DNA from: Hyaloraphidium curvatum SAG 235-1
Taxonomy: Eukaryota; Fungi; Monoblepharomycota
Length of the DNA stretch: 64,000 bases
Direction of reading: 5' to 3'
Assembly (NCBI GenBank): GCA_025558095.1
Contig: JAIVFI010000036.1
Coordinates: 471,028-535,027 of the forward strand
In this document: one piece after another, positions 32,822 through 42,546 of the stretch
How positions within the stretch are numbered: the first letter of the stretch is position 1
Layout of the letters: each line of letters begins with the position of its first letter
Notes under the pieces: generated by a model
The model's input: only the letters and a program-made list of their open reading frames with translations
What the model was told of the DNA's origin: nothing
Database searches by the model: none
Program-made: the position numbers and the translations under genes

Positions 32822-33754
32822 CGTGGAGGGGGCTTGTATTGGGCATGGACGAGGGTGCGGGCGGGCGCGGGAGGAGCGAGGGCGGGAGGAAGGGTGGATG
32901 TTGGTGGAGTGTGTGGGGACTACGGCACGGGATCGGGTGCGGAGTTGGGAATGCGGTTTGGCGATGGGATGCGGTCGGCCTTGTAGCTGCTGTTGCGCGG
33001 TCGGGAGGTGTAGTCGCTGTACATACGCAGAGTGCACGGTTCGTTGGCGGATCGGACCGATTCCCTCGTCCTCGGTGACATGCAGCTCGCCAGTCTAGCC
33101 GCCTCGAAGTGCCCCGCCGCCGGACCGGTCCCGCCTCCCTCCGCCTCCCCGGGCGGAGAACCCCCGCCCAGAAACGCCTGCGGCCCGCCCTCCCGCCGTT
33201 GACTAACATTCGCCCGCCCCCGACCCCCGAATACCGCGCCCCGACGCGCCCTCGGGTCCGGAACAATCCGTGACGCAGCGCCTGGCCCCCCGAACCGTAC
33301 CCGGGGCGGCAATCCGCGGTGTCCGGGGACCGGCGGTCGGCCGACGCCCGCGTGGAGGGCGAGGGGGCCGGGAAGCCGGACCGCGGGATCCGCGGGGGTG
33401 TGGGAGCGAGGGGGAGGAGGGGCGCGGGGGTCCGCGTTCCCGCCGGGTCCTGGGGGTCGGTGTTTGGCTTTGGGGGTTGCGAATTTGGCTTTGGGGATCC
33501 TCGCGTCGGCAGGGACGCAGCTCCGTCCGCGTGTTGCCGGGCCCCGGGCGCATCCCCGGGCGGCGGTGCGGGGCTGGGAGGTCGGGAGCATCGGGAGCAC
33601 GATGGGCGAGCACCGCGGGCAGGGAGTGCGGGGAGCGCGTCGGACGGCGTCGGCATCGGGCACCGGAGCTTCGAGGACGCAGACCGGTCCGGACGCGTCC
33701 CATCGCCGACCGGGCCCAAACTGCCCGACCGCGCCCGCCGACGTCGATCCCGCG

Positions 33755-34483
33755 ATGAGTGCCCCCATGCCGGTCCCGAAGCTCCCCCCCGCCTCGCCGG
33801 GCCCGCACCGCCGCTGCACCGCGCCCGCGCTGCCCCTCCGCCTCGCCTTCCCCGGCGCCACACCCGCCGCCCCCTCTCCCGCCCGCCAGCGCTCCCAATC
33901 GGACCCTCCCGCAGGATGGCCGCCTTCGGTGCTGCCCCCGCGCGATGAGCACGCCCCGCTGCCGGCACCCTCCCCGCGCTGCGGCCACGCGGACGACGGG
34001 GGGGAGGGGTGGTGCTTCCTCTGCCTCTCGTCCTCCCCGCCCTCCGTCCCCGGCACGGACGCCCACCCCGCACTCGAGCGATCGGCCAGCGCCTCCTGCT
34101 CCTCCTCCTCCTCCTCCCTCCGCGCGGGCAGCTCCGCCACGCTGGGCCGCTCGCGCTCCGTCTCGTTCAGCCCGAGGATCGAGTGCGGGACCACGTGGGG
34201 CAAGGAGGACTACGAGCGCGGGCTGCGGCCCGCTCCGGCGTCCGGCGACCCGGACGACTCCACCGACGACGACGAGGTGCAAGGGGACGCGGAGGGGGAG
34301 TCGGACGAGGCGTCGCTCGTCGGCTCCGACGGGCGGAACCCTTGCCCCTCCCCCGCTCCGGTCGCGCGCGGCGGCTCGTGCTTCGAAGCCTGGCGCGGCC
34401 CAGAGGACGGGCGGCTGCCGGATTTGCGGAGCTTCTGGGGCGGCCCGGGGAGGGGGTCCGGGGAGGCGGGGAGGGCGCGGTGA
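33755..34483 (+). CDS. Family member G: putative PP1-interacting protein
   Basis: CGHADDGGEGWCFLC, RSVSFSPRIECGTTWGKEDYERG and GRLPDLRSFW. Confidence 0.8.
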   Translation: MSAPMPVPKLPPASPGPHRRCTAPALPLRLAFPGATPAAPSPARQRSQSDPPAGWPPSVLPPRDEHAPLPAPSPRCGHADDGGEGWCFLCLSSSPPSVPGTDAHPALERSASASCSSSSSSLRAGSSATLGRSRSVSFSPRIECGTTWGKEDYERGLRPAPASGDPDDSTDDDEVQGDAEGESDEASLVGSDGRNPCPSPAPVARGGSCFEAWRGPEDGRLPDLRSFWGGPGRGSGEAGRAR

Positions 34484-34745
34484 ACGGCTCGGAAAGGGAA
34501 GAGGGGTGCGGTGGGGGAGAAAATCTGATGGCAAGGACGGCTCGAATCACTAAAGGAAAAAGGGCGAGAGGCTTAATGTACATAGGATGAGGCATGGATG
34601 CTAGGTTCGCGAAACGTGACGTGACGACGCCCCCCTTCCTCGCCGGCGCCTCCGCGGCGCAGCCCCACCGTCAGCCATTGCCCCCTCTCCGCCCGCCACG
34701 GGCGTGCCGACCAGGCGGCAGGTGTTCCACGTGTCCGCAGATCCG

Positions 34746-35339
34746 TCACCGCAGCGCCCGCGCCCCCGTTCGCGGCACACCCGCGTCGCCCCCTTCCCCC
34801 ATATTCTCCGCCTCCCTTGCCCCACTGCCGAGGGTCCGGACCCCCGAATCGATGCCCCGCGCGTACTCATCCCCGCTCCACGTGGTGCCCTCCCGCACGC
34901 CCCCGAAGCTCACCGCGCGCTTGGGCTTCCCCGGCGCTGCCGTGCGGAGCGCGGGTTTGCCGGGCGGGGGGAGGGACGGCCGGCGTCCGGGCGACGGTGC
35001 GGGTGCGGGGGAAGGCGACCTCGTGAGGAGCTGGAGGAGCCCGGGGGAGGACGGAAGCCCCGGGGAGGGGAGCGCCACGGAGGATGCAGGGGACGCGGGG
35101 GGCGGCGCGCCGGACCACCGCCCGGGGGGAACCGCCACGGGCTGCGCCGGCCCGTCCTCCCCGTCCGAGCCCCGAGGCAGGGGGCGGGAAGCGAAGCACG
35201 CGAAGCACGCGCCCTCCCCCGCGCCGTGCGCGCACTCCCCGGGCCAGGCCCACTCCGCGGGCGGGCTGGGCAGCCCCGACGCCGCTTTGACGTTCGCGTC
35301 CGCGGGGAGCAAAGGCGGCAACGTGCTCGCGGCGGGCAT
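34746..35339 (-). CDS. Family member H (no LPDL tail)
   Basis: CAHGAGEGACFAC and KPALR..KRAVSFGGVREGTTWSGDEYARG. Confidence 0.75.
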   Translation of the reverse strand: MPAASTLPPLLPADANVKAASGLPSPPAEWAWPGECAHGAGEGACFACFASRPLPRGSDGEDGPAQPVAVPPGRWSGAPPPASPASSVALPSPGLPSSPGLLQLLTRSPSPAPAPSPGRRPSLPPPGKPALRTAAPGKPKRAVSFGGVREGTTWSGDEYARGIDSGVRTLGSGAREAENMGEGGDAGVPRTGARALR

Positions 35340-35998
35340 CCTGCAAGGGGGGGTGCTGTCGCCCGGCCGACGCCCGGGAGCGACGGAACCCTTCGCAACG
35401 CAATGCGGCTTGGCGCGGCCCGTGCGGCCCGCGCGCAAACGCACGGGGCGCTTCGCGGCGCCCCAAAACCGGCCCGTAAGTGGCCGACGGAGGGCGGAAG
35501 GGTTGCCGATCGCGCGGCCGATGCGCGGGATAGGGGGGGAGGGGGCGGAGGGAAGCGCGATCCCCCCGCCGGGCGGTGCGCGGAGATCGGACGCCGAAGG
35601 CCGGGCTTTGCGCACCCGGCGGACGGGCGAGGACGGAGCGGTGGTCGGAACATTGTAGTGCCTGCAAACGGATACCTGTCGTTGGGTGCGGGCCGTGCCG
35701 GGGAGCTAACTGTTCGCGGAAGGCGGTGGTGACCGGGCACCGTCGGCATTCGCGGCACCGACGGAGCGAGTGCCGCCCTCGTCCGAGCACCGGCAGTCCG
35801 CCTCAGATCGTCCGTCTGCGCCGGCAAGGGCGCCGGTGGGGTGCGCCTCGGTCCTCTCGGGGGGAGGGAAGGTTCGTTGCGCCCCGGTGTCAATCGGCCC
35901 GCGATGATGGGGAGCCGCGGCACCGCCGTCGGCCACACGCGGCGTGCTAGAGGGGAAAGGAGCAGGTCCGTCCGCCAGCTCGCTGCCTGAACGGCCGG

Positions 35999-36592
35999 CT
36001 AGGAACCCGCCGCGCCGTGCGGCGTCCCCGCGGGGGGCACCCCGTCCTCCTCGCCCTCGCCGCCCTCCCCGTCCTCCCCCGGGAGCGTCCAGAACGCCAT
36101 CACCATCCCCCGCTCGTAGTCGTCCTTGCCCCAGGTGGTCCCGGGGTGCACGGCGCCGAAGCTCACGCGCTTCCGGAGCGGCGGGGGCGTCTTCCCCGCG
36201 CCGCGGGCGGGCAACGCGTCCAGCGGGGCGCGGGCCGCAAAGGGCAGCGAGGGCCGCCGCTGCGGCGGCAGCGGGGCGTCGTCGGACGGGCGCCGGGCGA
36301 ACGGCAGGGAGGGCCTGTCGGGCGGGGCGGCGCCCGGGAACGACGCCGGCGGCGACGCGGGCAGCGGGGCCCCCGCCCATCGCCCGGGCGGCACCTGCAC
36401 GGGCTCCGCACGGTCGTCGACCGCGCCGGGCGGCCCCCTCCCGGGTGGGCGGTCCGCGGCGGCGAAGCACGCGTAGCATGCGCCCTCGCCGTTGCCGTGC
36501 TCGCAGCCGTCCCCCGGCGGGCTCGGCAGCCCCGCGTCCGCGGGCGCGGGGCGCAGCTGCGGCGGCGGGGACGCGGTGCCGTGGGGCGGCAT
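35999..36592 (-). CDS. Family member I (no LPDL tail)
   Basis: CEHGNGEGACYAC and RKRVSFGAVHPGTTWGKDDYERG. GLPSPP and VPPGRW are shared with H. Confidence 0.78.
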   Translation of the reverse strand: MPPHGTASPPPQLRPAPADAGLPSPPGDGCEHGNGEGACYACFAAADRPPGRGPPGAVDDRAEPVQVPPGRWAGAPLPASPPASFPGAAPPDRPSLPFARRPSDDAPLPPQRRPSLPFAARAPLDALPARGAGKTPPPLRKRVSFGAVHPGTTWGKDDYERGMVMAFWTLPGEDGEGGEGEEDGVPPAGTPHGAAGS

Positions 36593-38297
36593 TCGTTCGC
36601 GTCCGTGTTGGGGAACGGGCGGCGCTACGATGCCTGGCCGGCGGGGTCCTGCGTCGGCCGGCCGGTGACGACGGCCGTACGGGATGCACGGAGCGCGTGC
36701 ACGCGGGGTGGATGATGCGCTGCGGCGATGGAAGGCACGGTGCGGGCGTCTTATTATGCGGGAGGCGCCAGACAGGGGCGGGGAGTGCGAGGGAGACGAT
36801 ACGGGATCTTCCGCCGGCTACCTAGGCGGCCGGTCCGGACCCCGCCCGCGTGCCTGACCCCCTCCTGCACGCACGTACGCCGCTCCGGAACCCACCGGAA
36901 TCGCCCCGTGCGATCGATCTAGCCCTCTTCTGCCCTATCGGTGCGCGGCGCGGCGCACTTCCGTCGGATCGCGGGCGCGGACGAACCCCGGAAAGACTCC
37001 GGGCGGCTGAGCATGCCGCCCGGCGTGGCGCGGGGCGGGCGTCCGGACGGGGCGGTTGTCGGGCACGGACGGAGGGACGGTGGAACGGATGGAATGGGCC
37101 GCATTGGGTGGGTGGTTTCCGGCGGGTGGACGCGGCCGGAGGGCAAAGGAGGTGCGCGGCGGCGCGGCGCGCTGCCCTTGCGGTGGCGACGGAACCCCGG
37201 CGGCCGATCGGCAGGCATCGAGGAGCGCGCGGCCCGCGAGGCGCGCAGTGCGGGCCGCGCGCGACGCCCGGCTGTCGGTGGGGCCCGGAGTTCCGACAGC
37301 GGGTCCGGACGAGCCGAAAGGCCGGCCCGAACGCGCTCATTTAGTTGGGTCCCGGATGGAACTGGACACTTTCCCGGCCGAGCAAACATCACACCCAGTT
37401 CTGCTGCTCGAAAGCGATGTTGCCATTGCGGTAAGCGGCCGTGCTTCCGCACCTCGGAATCTCCCATGGCCCGATCGGGGGGGGTCCCATCGGCCGCCGG
37501 ATCAACGACTTTGCGGCAAATCGGGCGGGCCGTTCTCCGCTCGAGACGATGGAACGGGACTCGATTTCCGACCGGCGTTCGGCACCTTGTGGATCAGTCC
37601 CCATGCGTGGGTGGGCCCAAGTCACCGAAACAAACCACGCGTCCTGCTGTCCTGCTGCGGCAGCAGACACCAACGGTCCTCCATGTACACTCTACCGCGT
37701 CGCACCGCGGCGGAAGTCCAAGCGCTCAGGGGCATGCCTCTTCATCCGCGGCACGGTACAAAAGGGGTCCGAAGGGGGGCCTGCCATGATTCCCCGCCCC
37801 CCGCGACCACGTCCGCCCATCCCGCCGTCCGCGTGCGCCGCCGCGATCCGTGCGTTCCCGCACCCCCACGCTCGTCCCGTCCCGTCGAACGCTTCTGCCG
37901 CACGCGAAGCCCAGAGGCGGAGGCCGAGGCCACCCGTGTCGCAATGGGCAACCCCCGGCCGCCCCTCCCGCCGACTCTCCCGCGCCACGCGCCTTTCCCC
38001 CGGAAAACCAGACGGACGTGATCCCTACTTCGGTTTCCCCCAGCGCCCGCACCTCCGCAACGGTGACTCGGCCCGTCCGTCGGCGCGGGGCTGGTGGTTC
38101 GGGATGCTGGGGTGCCGTATGCGTCCCCTGGGACACCGGCACGGTTACTCACCGTCCCTCGGCGCGGATAGCCCGGAGCGCCGAGCAAACAGCACGCTGC
38201 TTTTCACCGTGCCGGAGCGCTGCCGAGGGAGGGACGCCGCCCTGCGCGGCGCGGCGGATTGCCCGCGGGGAGAGGCTGACGGATCCGGGACGCTACG

Positions 38298-38837
38298 TCA
38301 TCCGCCTCGCCGACCCGACCTCCGACGACCCCATCCGAACGCACCGGCGCGGGCCTTCCCGCACCGGCCTGTGCCGCGGCGAAACGGCTGGATGAGGTCC
38401 GCGCAGGACGGCGCGGCCGTGTCGGCCGCGGCGCAGCCGCGGCCAGAGCCGCTCGAGAGGATGCCGGCCGAGGTGCTGGCCGCGCTGCCGCCCACGGAGA
38501 GGCAGGCGAGCCGGGGACAGGGATGCGCTTTGCCGGCCGTCGTGTGGCCGCCCGATTCGCGCGGGTGGACGCTGGGCGCGCCGGTGGCGGGGGGGAGGGC
38601 GGAGCCGGGGAGGCACGTGAGGGGGGGCGCGGCCGTCGGGGTTTGAGGCCGGGCGCTGGCCCGGGACTCTGATACGAGGGAGCGAATGGAACCGGGAGAG
38701 GGCCACAAAGTCGGATGAGGGACCTGGACAAGGGGAACGGGCGCTGGCTCACTGGAAAGGCCACGAGCACGGCGGGGACGCGGGTGTGTTGTAGACAGGA
38801 CAGGCGGAGGGCGATGTACTTCTAGGCACGGCAACAT
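38298..38837 (-). CDS. Hypothetical Pro/Ser-rich protein, paralogue of 39075-39704
   Basis: Shares PPLTCLP..ALP..SxGxTTAG with the neighbouring ORF. Coding strand is not certain. Confidence 0.35.
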   Translation of the reverse strand: MLPCLEVHRPPPVLSTTHPRPRRARGLSSEPAPVPLVQVPHPTLWPSPGSIRSLVSESRASARPQTPTAAPPLTCLPGSALPPATGAPSVHPRESGGHTTAGKAHPCPRLACLSVGGSAASTSAGILSSGSGRGCAAADTAAPSCADLIQPFRRGTGRCGKARAGAFGWGRRRSGRRGG

Positions 38838-39074
38838 GGCTATGGACGAGGAGAACAAGCAGCTCGCCGCCCTCCATTTGTCCGCGGGCTTGTCGATGGG
38901 GTGGATGGGCAGGAAGCCTCAGGCCGCCGATGCAGGGCCCCTTCGAGTCTGCCGCCCGCCGTCGCCGAAAGCGCGAACCCCCTCCTCCACATCGACCTGA
39001 CACGCCCCTTTTACCCATCCGCTCCACCTTGCGACCCCCATCGAACGGTCGACTCATCGTCGGGGCTGGTGCTG

Positions 39075-39704
39075 TCAGCGTCCCCAAAACCACCCGGACC
39101 CTTTTCCCGGCCGCAGGAGGCCGCAAGGGTCTGACGCACACCGAGTCACACACCGACAACTCAGCGCGGCGCACTTCGAGCACCGCAGACGCCGGGAAAC
39201 TAGCCGGCGAACATCGAACGGAGATAGAAAGAGCGCGGGCGGGCCGAGGCCGGCGCGCGCAGTTGAAGAGGCCTCTCCAGCGAGGGGCGCCACCGGACGG
39301 TATCGGAGGGCCATACCGGCGTCTCCGCAGACGCAAGCAGACGAGAGGACGATGGCACCGCTGCAGCACGGCTTTGCGAGGCCCGCTGCGGGCACCGCCG
39401 AAGCGGCCGCAGGCACCGCCGAGCCCGCCGCCGGGGGGAGGAGGGACGCTCTGGCGACGCTCCCCGCGGACCTCGGGCGCTCGCTCCCCACGAGCTGGCC
39501 CGCATCTGGCGGGCCCGAAGCGACGCTGCCCGCTTTCAGGTGCCGCCCACCGGCGGTTGTCTGGCCGGCGGAGTCGTCCGAGGCGGACGGGCTGCGCTGG
39601 TGGGCGGGGCAGGGGAGGGCGCAGGCGGGGAGGCACGTGAGGGGCGGGGGTGGGGCGTAGGCCACGGACCGCCGGGAACGGGGTGCATTGCTATGGAGAG
39701 ACAT
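39075..39704 (-). CDS. Hypothetical Pro/Ser/Cys-rich protein
   Basis: ATG ORF of 209 aa with RRSVAYAPPPPLTCLP and a Cys cluster CSKCAALSCRC. Similar to 38298-38837. Confidence 0.4.
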   Translation of the reverse strand: MSLHSNAPRSRRSVAYAPPPPLTCLPACALPCPAHQRSPSASDDSAGQTTAGGRHLKAGSVASGPPDAGQLVGSERPRSAGSVARASLLPPAAGSAVPAAASAVPAAGLAKPCCSGAIVLSSACVCGDAGMALRYRPVAPLAGEASSTARAGLGPPALFLSPFDVRRLVSRRLRCSKCAALSCRCVTRCASDPCGLLRPGKGSGWFWGR

Positions 39705-39830
39705 ACTGGATGGAGGGATTGGGGCGGGACGGGCTGTCACTGGGAGAAGGACGCTGCGGCGGGAGATGCGGGCCGTGACTCATAGCAACTCATGGACCAT
39801 CCCTTGCTCAACCCAACGGAGCTAACCATG

Positions 39831-41348
39831 CTACCGCCTGGAACTCGTCCGTGCCCTCCGGCTGCCCGTTGCGGCCGGTCTCCTGCTTGTTGTCCGCCAG
39901 GTCCGCCGCCGGCTGGTTCCCTTTCCGACCGTCGGCCCCGTGCGCCGCAAAGTCGTCCGCCGCATCCCTCGGCGGCCGCTCGATGCCCTCCGCGATGTCA
40001 ACCTCCCCGCGCTGCTCCTGGTCAGAAACGGTGGATCCCAGTCGTCGAGCGCCCTCAGGGAACGCAGCGCCTCCCCCAGCTTCGCCCCGAAGTACAGCTG
40101 CCCATCGGCCGTCGGATGCACGGCGTCGCGCATCAGCCCCGTCGCGTTCCCCGGCGTCAACCATCCGGCGGTGTCGACCAGCACCACCCTCGGCCTGCGG
40201 GGCCACCCCTCCGCGATCGCGCGCCACGTCTCGGGGGCGAAGATCGGCGACACCGTGCCGCTGCCGTTGGACCAGCGGCCGAACGGGACCACGACCGCGT
40301 ACGAGGTGGCGTTCCCACCGCCATGCGCGAGCATCATCTGACGGAGCAAGCCCCTGTACCCCTCGGCGAACGCGGCCGCGGGTACGGCCCGCCAGCGGTC
40401 GTTGGTCCCCAGGTTGACAGCCACGAGGCGGGGCCGGTAGCCCTGGGCCGCGAAATCGTGGCACGGGGCACCGGGGTACAATCCGCGGTGGAAGTAGGCG
40501 TCCCGCATGGGGGGCTGCGGCGCCAGCAGGCCCAGCCCCGCCTGCGCGATCGCGGAAGCCTGGGCGCCGAGGATGCGGGCGGCTTCGGCGGCGTAGGAGG
40601 CGAGGTGCGGGGAGGATTCCCCGAAGCGGGGGAAGCCGACGGGGGCCGTGATGCTGTACCCAACGAATTCGATGACGGGGAGATCGGTCGGCGGGAGGAG
40701 GTCCGCCGCCGGATCCAGCGAGATGGCCTCCACGACCAGAAGGCGCTGGTCCGGGAAGAGGAAGCCGCCCTCGAAAAGGAGGATGATCTCGATGTCGTGG
40801 ATCCGGGATGGGTCCAGGGAGGTCAAGAGCAGGCTCGCGTGCGCACCGGGGGCGGAACCGGACGGGGCGCACGAGACGGGGAGCGTGGTCCACGATCCCT
40901 CACCACCGTCTCGTGCCGTAGATACCCTCACCACAGAGAAGGGCGGGCGCTCGATCCACGTCCCGTCCTCCGCAAATGCCGCACTCCGGCAGTGCAGCGC
41001 GGCCGAGGAGGTTCCCGTTGCGCGGAAACGCAGCCTGCCCCGGGACCAGCCCGTGGAGGCCTCGCCGCCGCGTACGTCCCAGCGGCCGAAAAAGCGGAGC
41101 CGCGTGTCCGAAGCGGGGAAGACGGCGCGGGGTGTGGCGGGGTCCCCGGGCGGGAGGGAGGCGAGCTGCCGCCCCGCGAGGCGCCCCGGGCCGCCCGCGG
41201 CAACTCGGTCCGATCCTCGCGCCCTGCCAACAACGCCCTCCAGAGCAACCGAGGCTACCAAGAAGCCCCGGATCTCCACACGCGCCGTCCCCACCAGCAC
41301 GGCCGCCGAGGCCAGCAGGCCGCCGGCTGCCACGACCCAGCCGCGCAT
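39831..41348 (-). CDS. SGNH/GDSL hydrolase, carbohydrate esterase family 2-like
   Basis: Hydrophobic N-terminus, LRFFGRW, block I IEFVGYSITA, IAQAGLG, block III VNLGTND and block V DAVHPT. The 3' end is uncertain and may be spliced. Confidence 0.8.
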   Translation of the reverse strand: MRGWVVAAGGLLASAAVLVGTARVEIRGFLVASVALEGVVGRARGSDRVAAGGPGRLAGRQLASLPPGDPATPRAVFPASDTRLRFFGRWDVRGGEASTGWSRGRLRFRATGTSSAALHCRSAAFAEDGTWIERPPFSVVRVSTARDGGEGSWTTLPVSCAPSGSAPGAHASLLLTSLDPSRIHDIEIILLFEGGFLFPDQRLLVVEAISLDPAADLLPPTDLPVIEFVGYSITAPVGFPRFGESSPHLASYAAEAARILGAQASAIAQAGLGLLAPQPPMRDAYFHRGLYPGAPCHDFAAQGYRPRLVAVNLGTNDRWRAVPAAAFAEGYRGLLRQMMLAHGGGNATSYAVVVPFGRWSNGSGTVSPIFAPETWRAIAEGWPRRPRVVLVDTAGWLTPGNATGLMRDAVHPTADGQLYFGAKLGEALRSLRALDDWDPPFLTRSSAGRLTSRRASSGRRGMRRTTLRRTGPTVGKGTSRRRTWRTTSRRPAATGSRRARTSSRR

Positions 41349-42546
41349 CGTGGACCCGTGCCCCGCGCGGTTCCGAAGAGGGGAACACGCCGCAGCGGAC
41401 AAGAAGCGCGATGATGACGGCCGCGCAGGGTCCTGGCGCCCCGCCAGCGCCTGAACTGGAACCACCGACAGGCCGCACAAGCCCCGACCGAACGGCCGTC
41501 GGCCACGTTACCCCCGGGCAAAGGGGTAGATGAATGGTGCATGGCGGTGGGATTTCGAGGGACATGACACATTGGTGCACCGGAATCTAGGGCGATCGCC
41601 GGCATAGCTCCACATTGCATGCTCATGAGTTTCCCGCAAACGCGTTGTGCACACCCGTTCAACCCCCCACCCGCCGATGGCGACAACACCGGAAAGACCC
41701 ACTGATCTGCCGCACACGGAAATCTGTCCTTACCCGCAAATGCTCGATCCCGGGCGGGCTGGAGGGTCTCATGAATTACGGATGTGGGCCATGCTGCCAC
41801 GGCGAACTTGGGCGGTGCCCTTCAGAGCAACCATGCGGGGGGCCGATCGCCAAGAGCACGCGCTGACGGACTTATGTCATTGTTGGAGTATAGTTTGAGG
41901 GCGGATGGATGCGTCGAGCACCGCGGCGAGGCAGGGGCGACCTCTTCTAGCGACCCGGTGAGTGCCCTTGGAAGCAATTATCGGGTCCTGTGTTCCTCGG
42001 GCCCGGGGCAATTGCAGTACCGAGCCAATATGGGCATGGATTTGAGGGGATGTCGCCCGATGCTGCCTGGCCGCGGGTCGCGGCGAAATGGGCGGTGCGA
42101 CGGTCCGGGTCGGAACCGGGCCTGAAGCTCTAACCCGGCGCGCGAATCCCGCTTGGCTCTTCGGGTCGGATAGGCCCTGGATGCGAATAAGCGAACGGCA
42201 CTGAATGTACTTGGCCGAAGCCCGGGGAAAAGAGGGGTCGAGTCGAACGACACGGAGAGCACGTAGAGGCAACTGACGACTGTTACATGTCCCGCTCCTT
42301 ATATAGTCCGGGCGGCAGTCGCGACGGCGTCGCGACTGGTCGGTAATGTTAGCCGACCAGCCCTAGTCGAGGGCGACAAAAGGAGATAAAAGTTAAAGCG
42401 TCCTGTACCTTCGCAGCGGGGTGTAGGGGCAATTGCCCGGCCGTCGCTCGTCGACCGCGGGCAAGATCGGGCCGGCCCCGGATGTCCAAAATCTTTCCAT
42501 TAATCCATTCGCCTGTACCGATCGGCACGGCCGCGCGCATGCGCGG

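Noticed and set aside
25425-36592. The array as a transposon, MITE or SINE family
   Set aside because: Conservation is at the amino-acid motif level with open frames. No TIRs, LTRs, TSDs, or transposase/RT motifs were seen.
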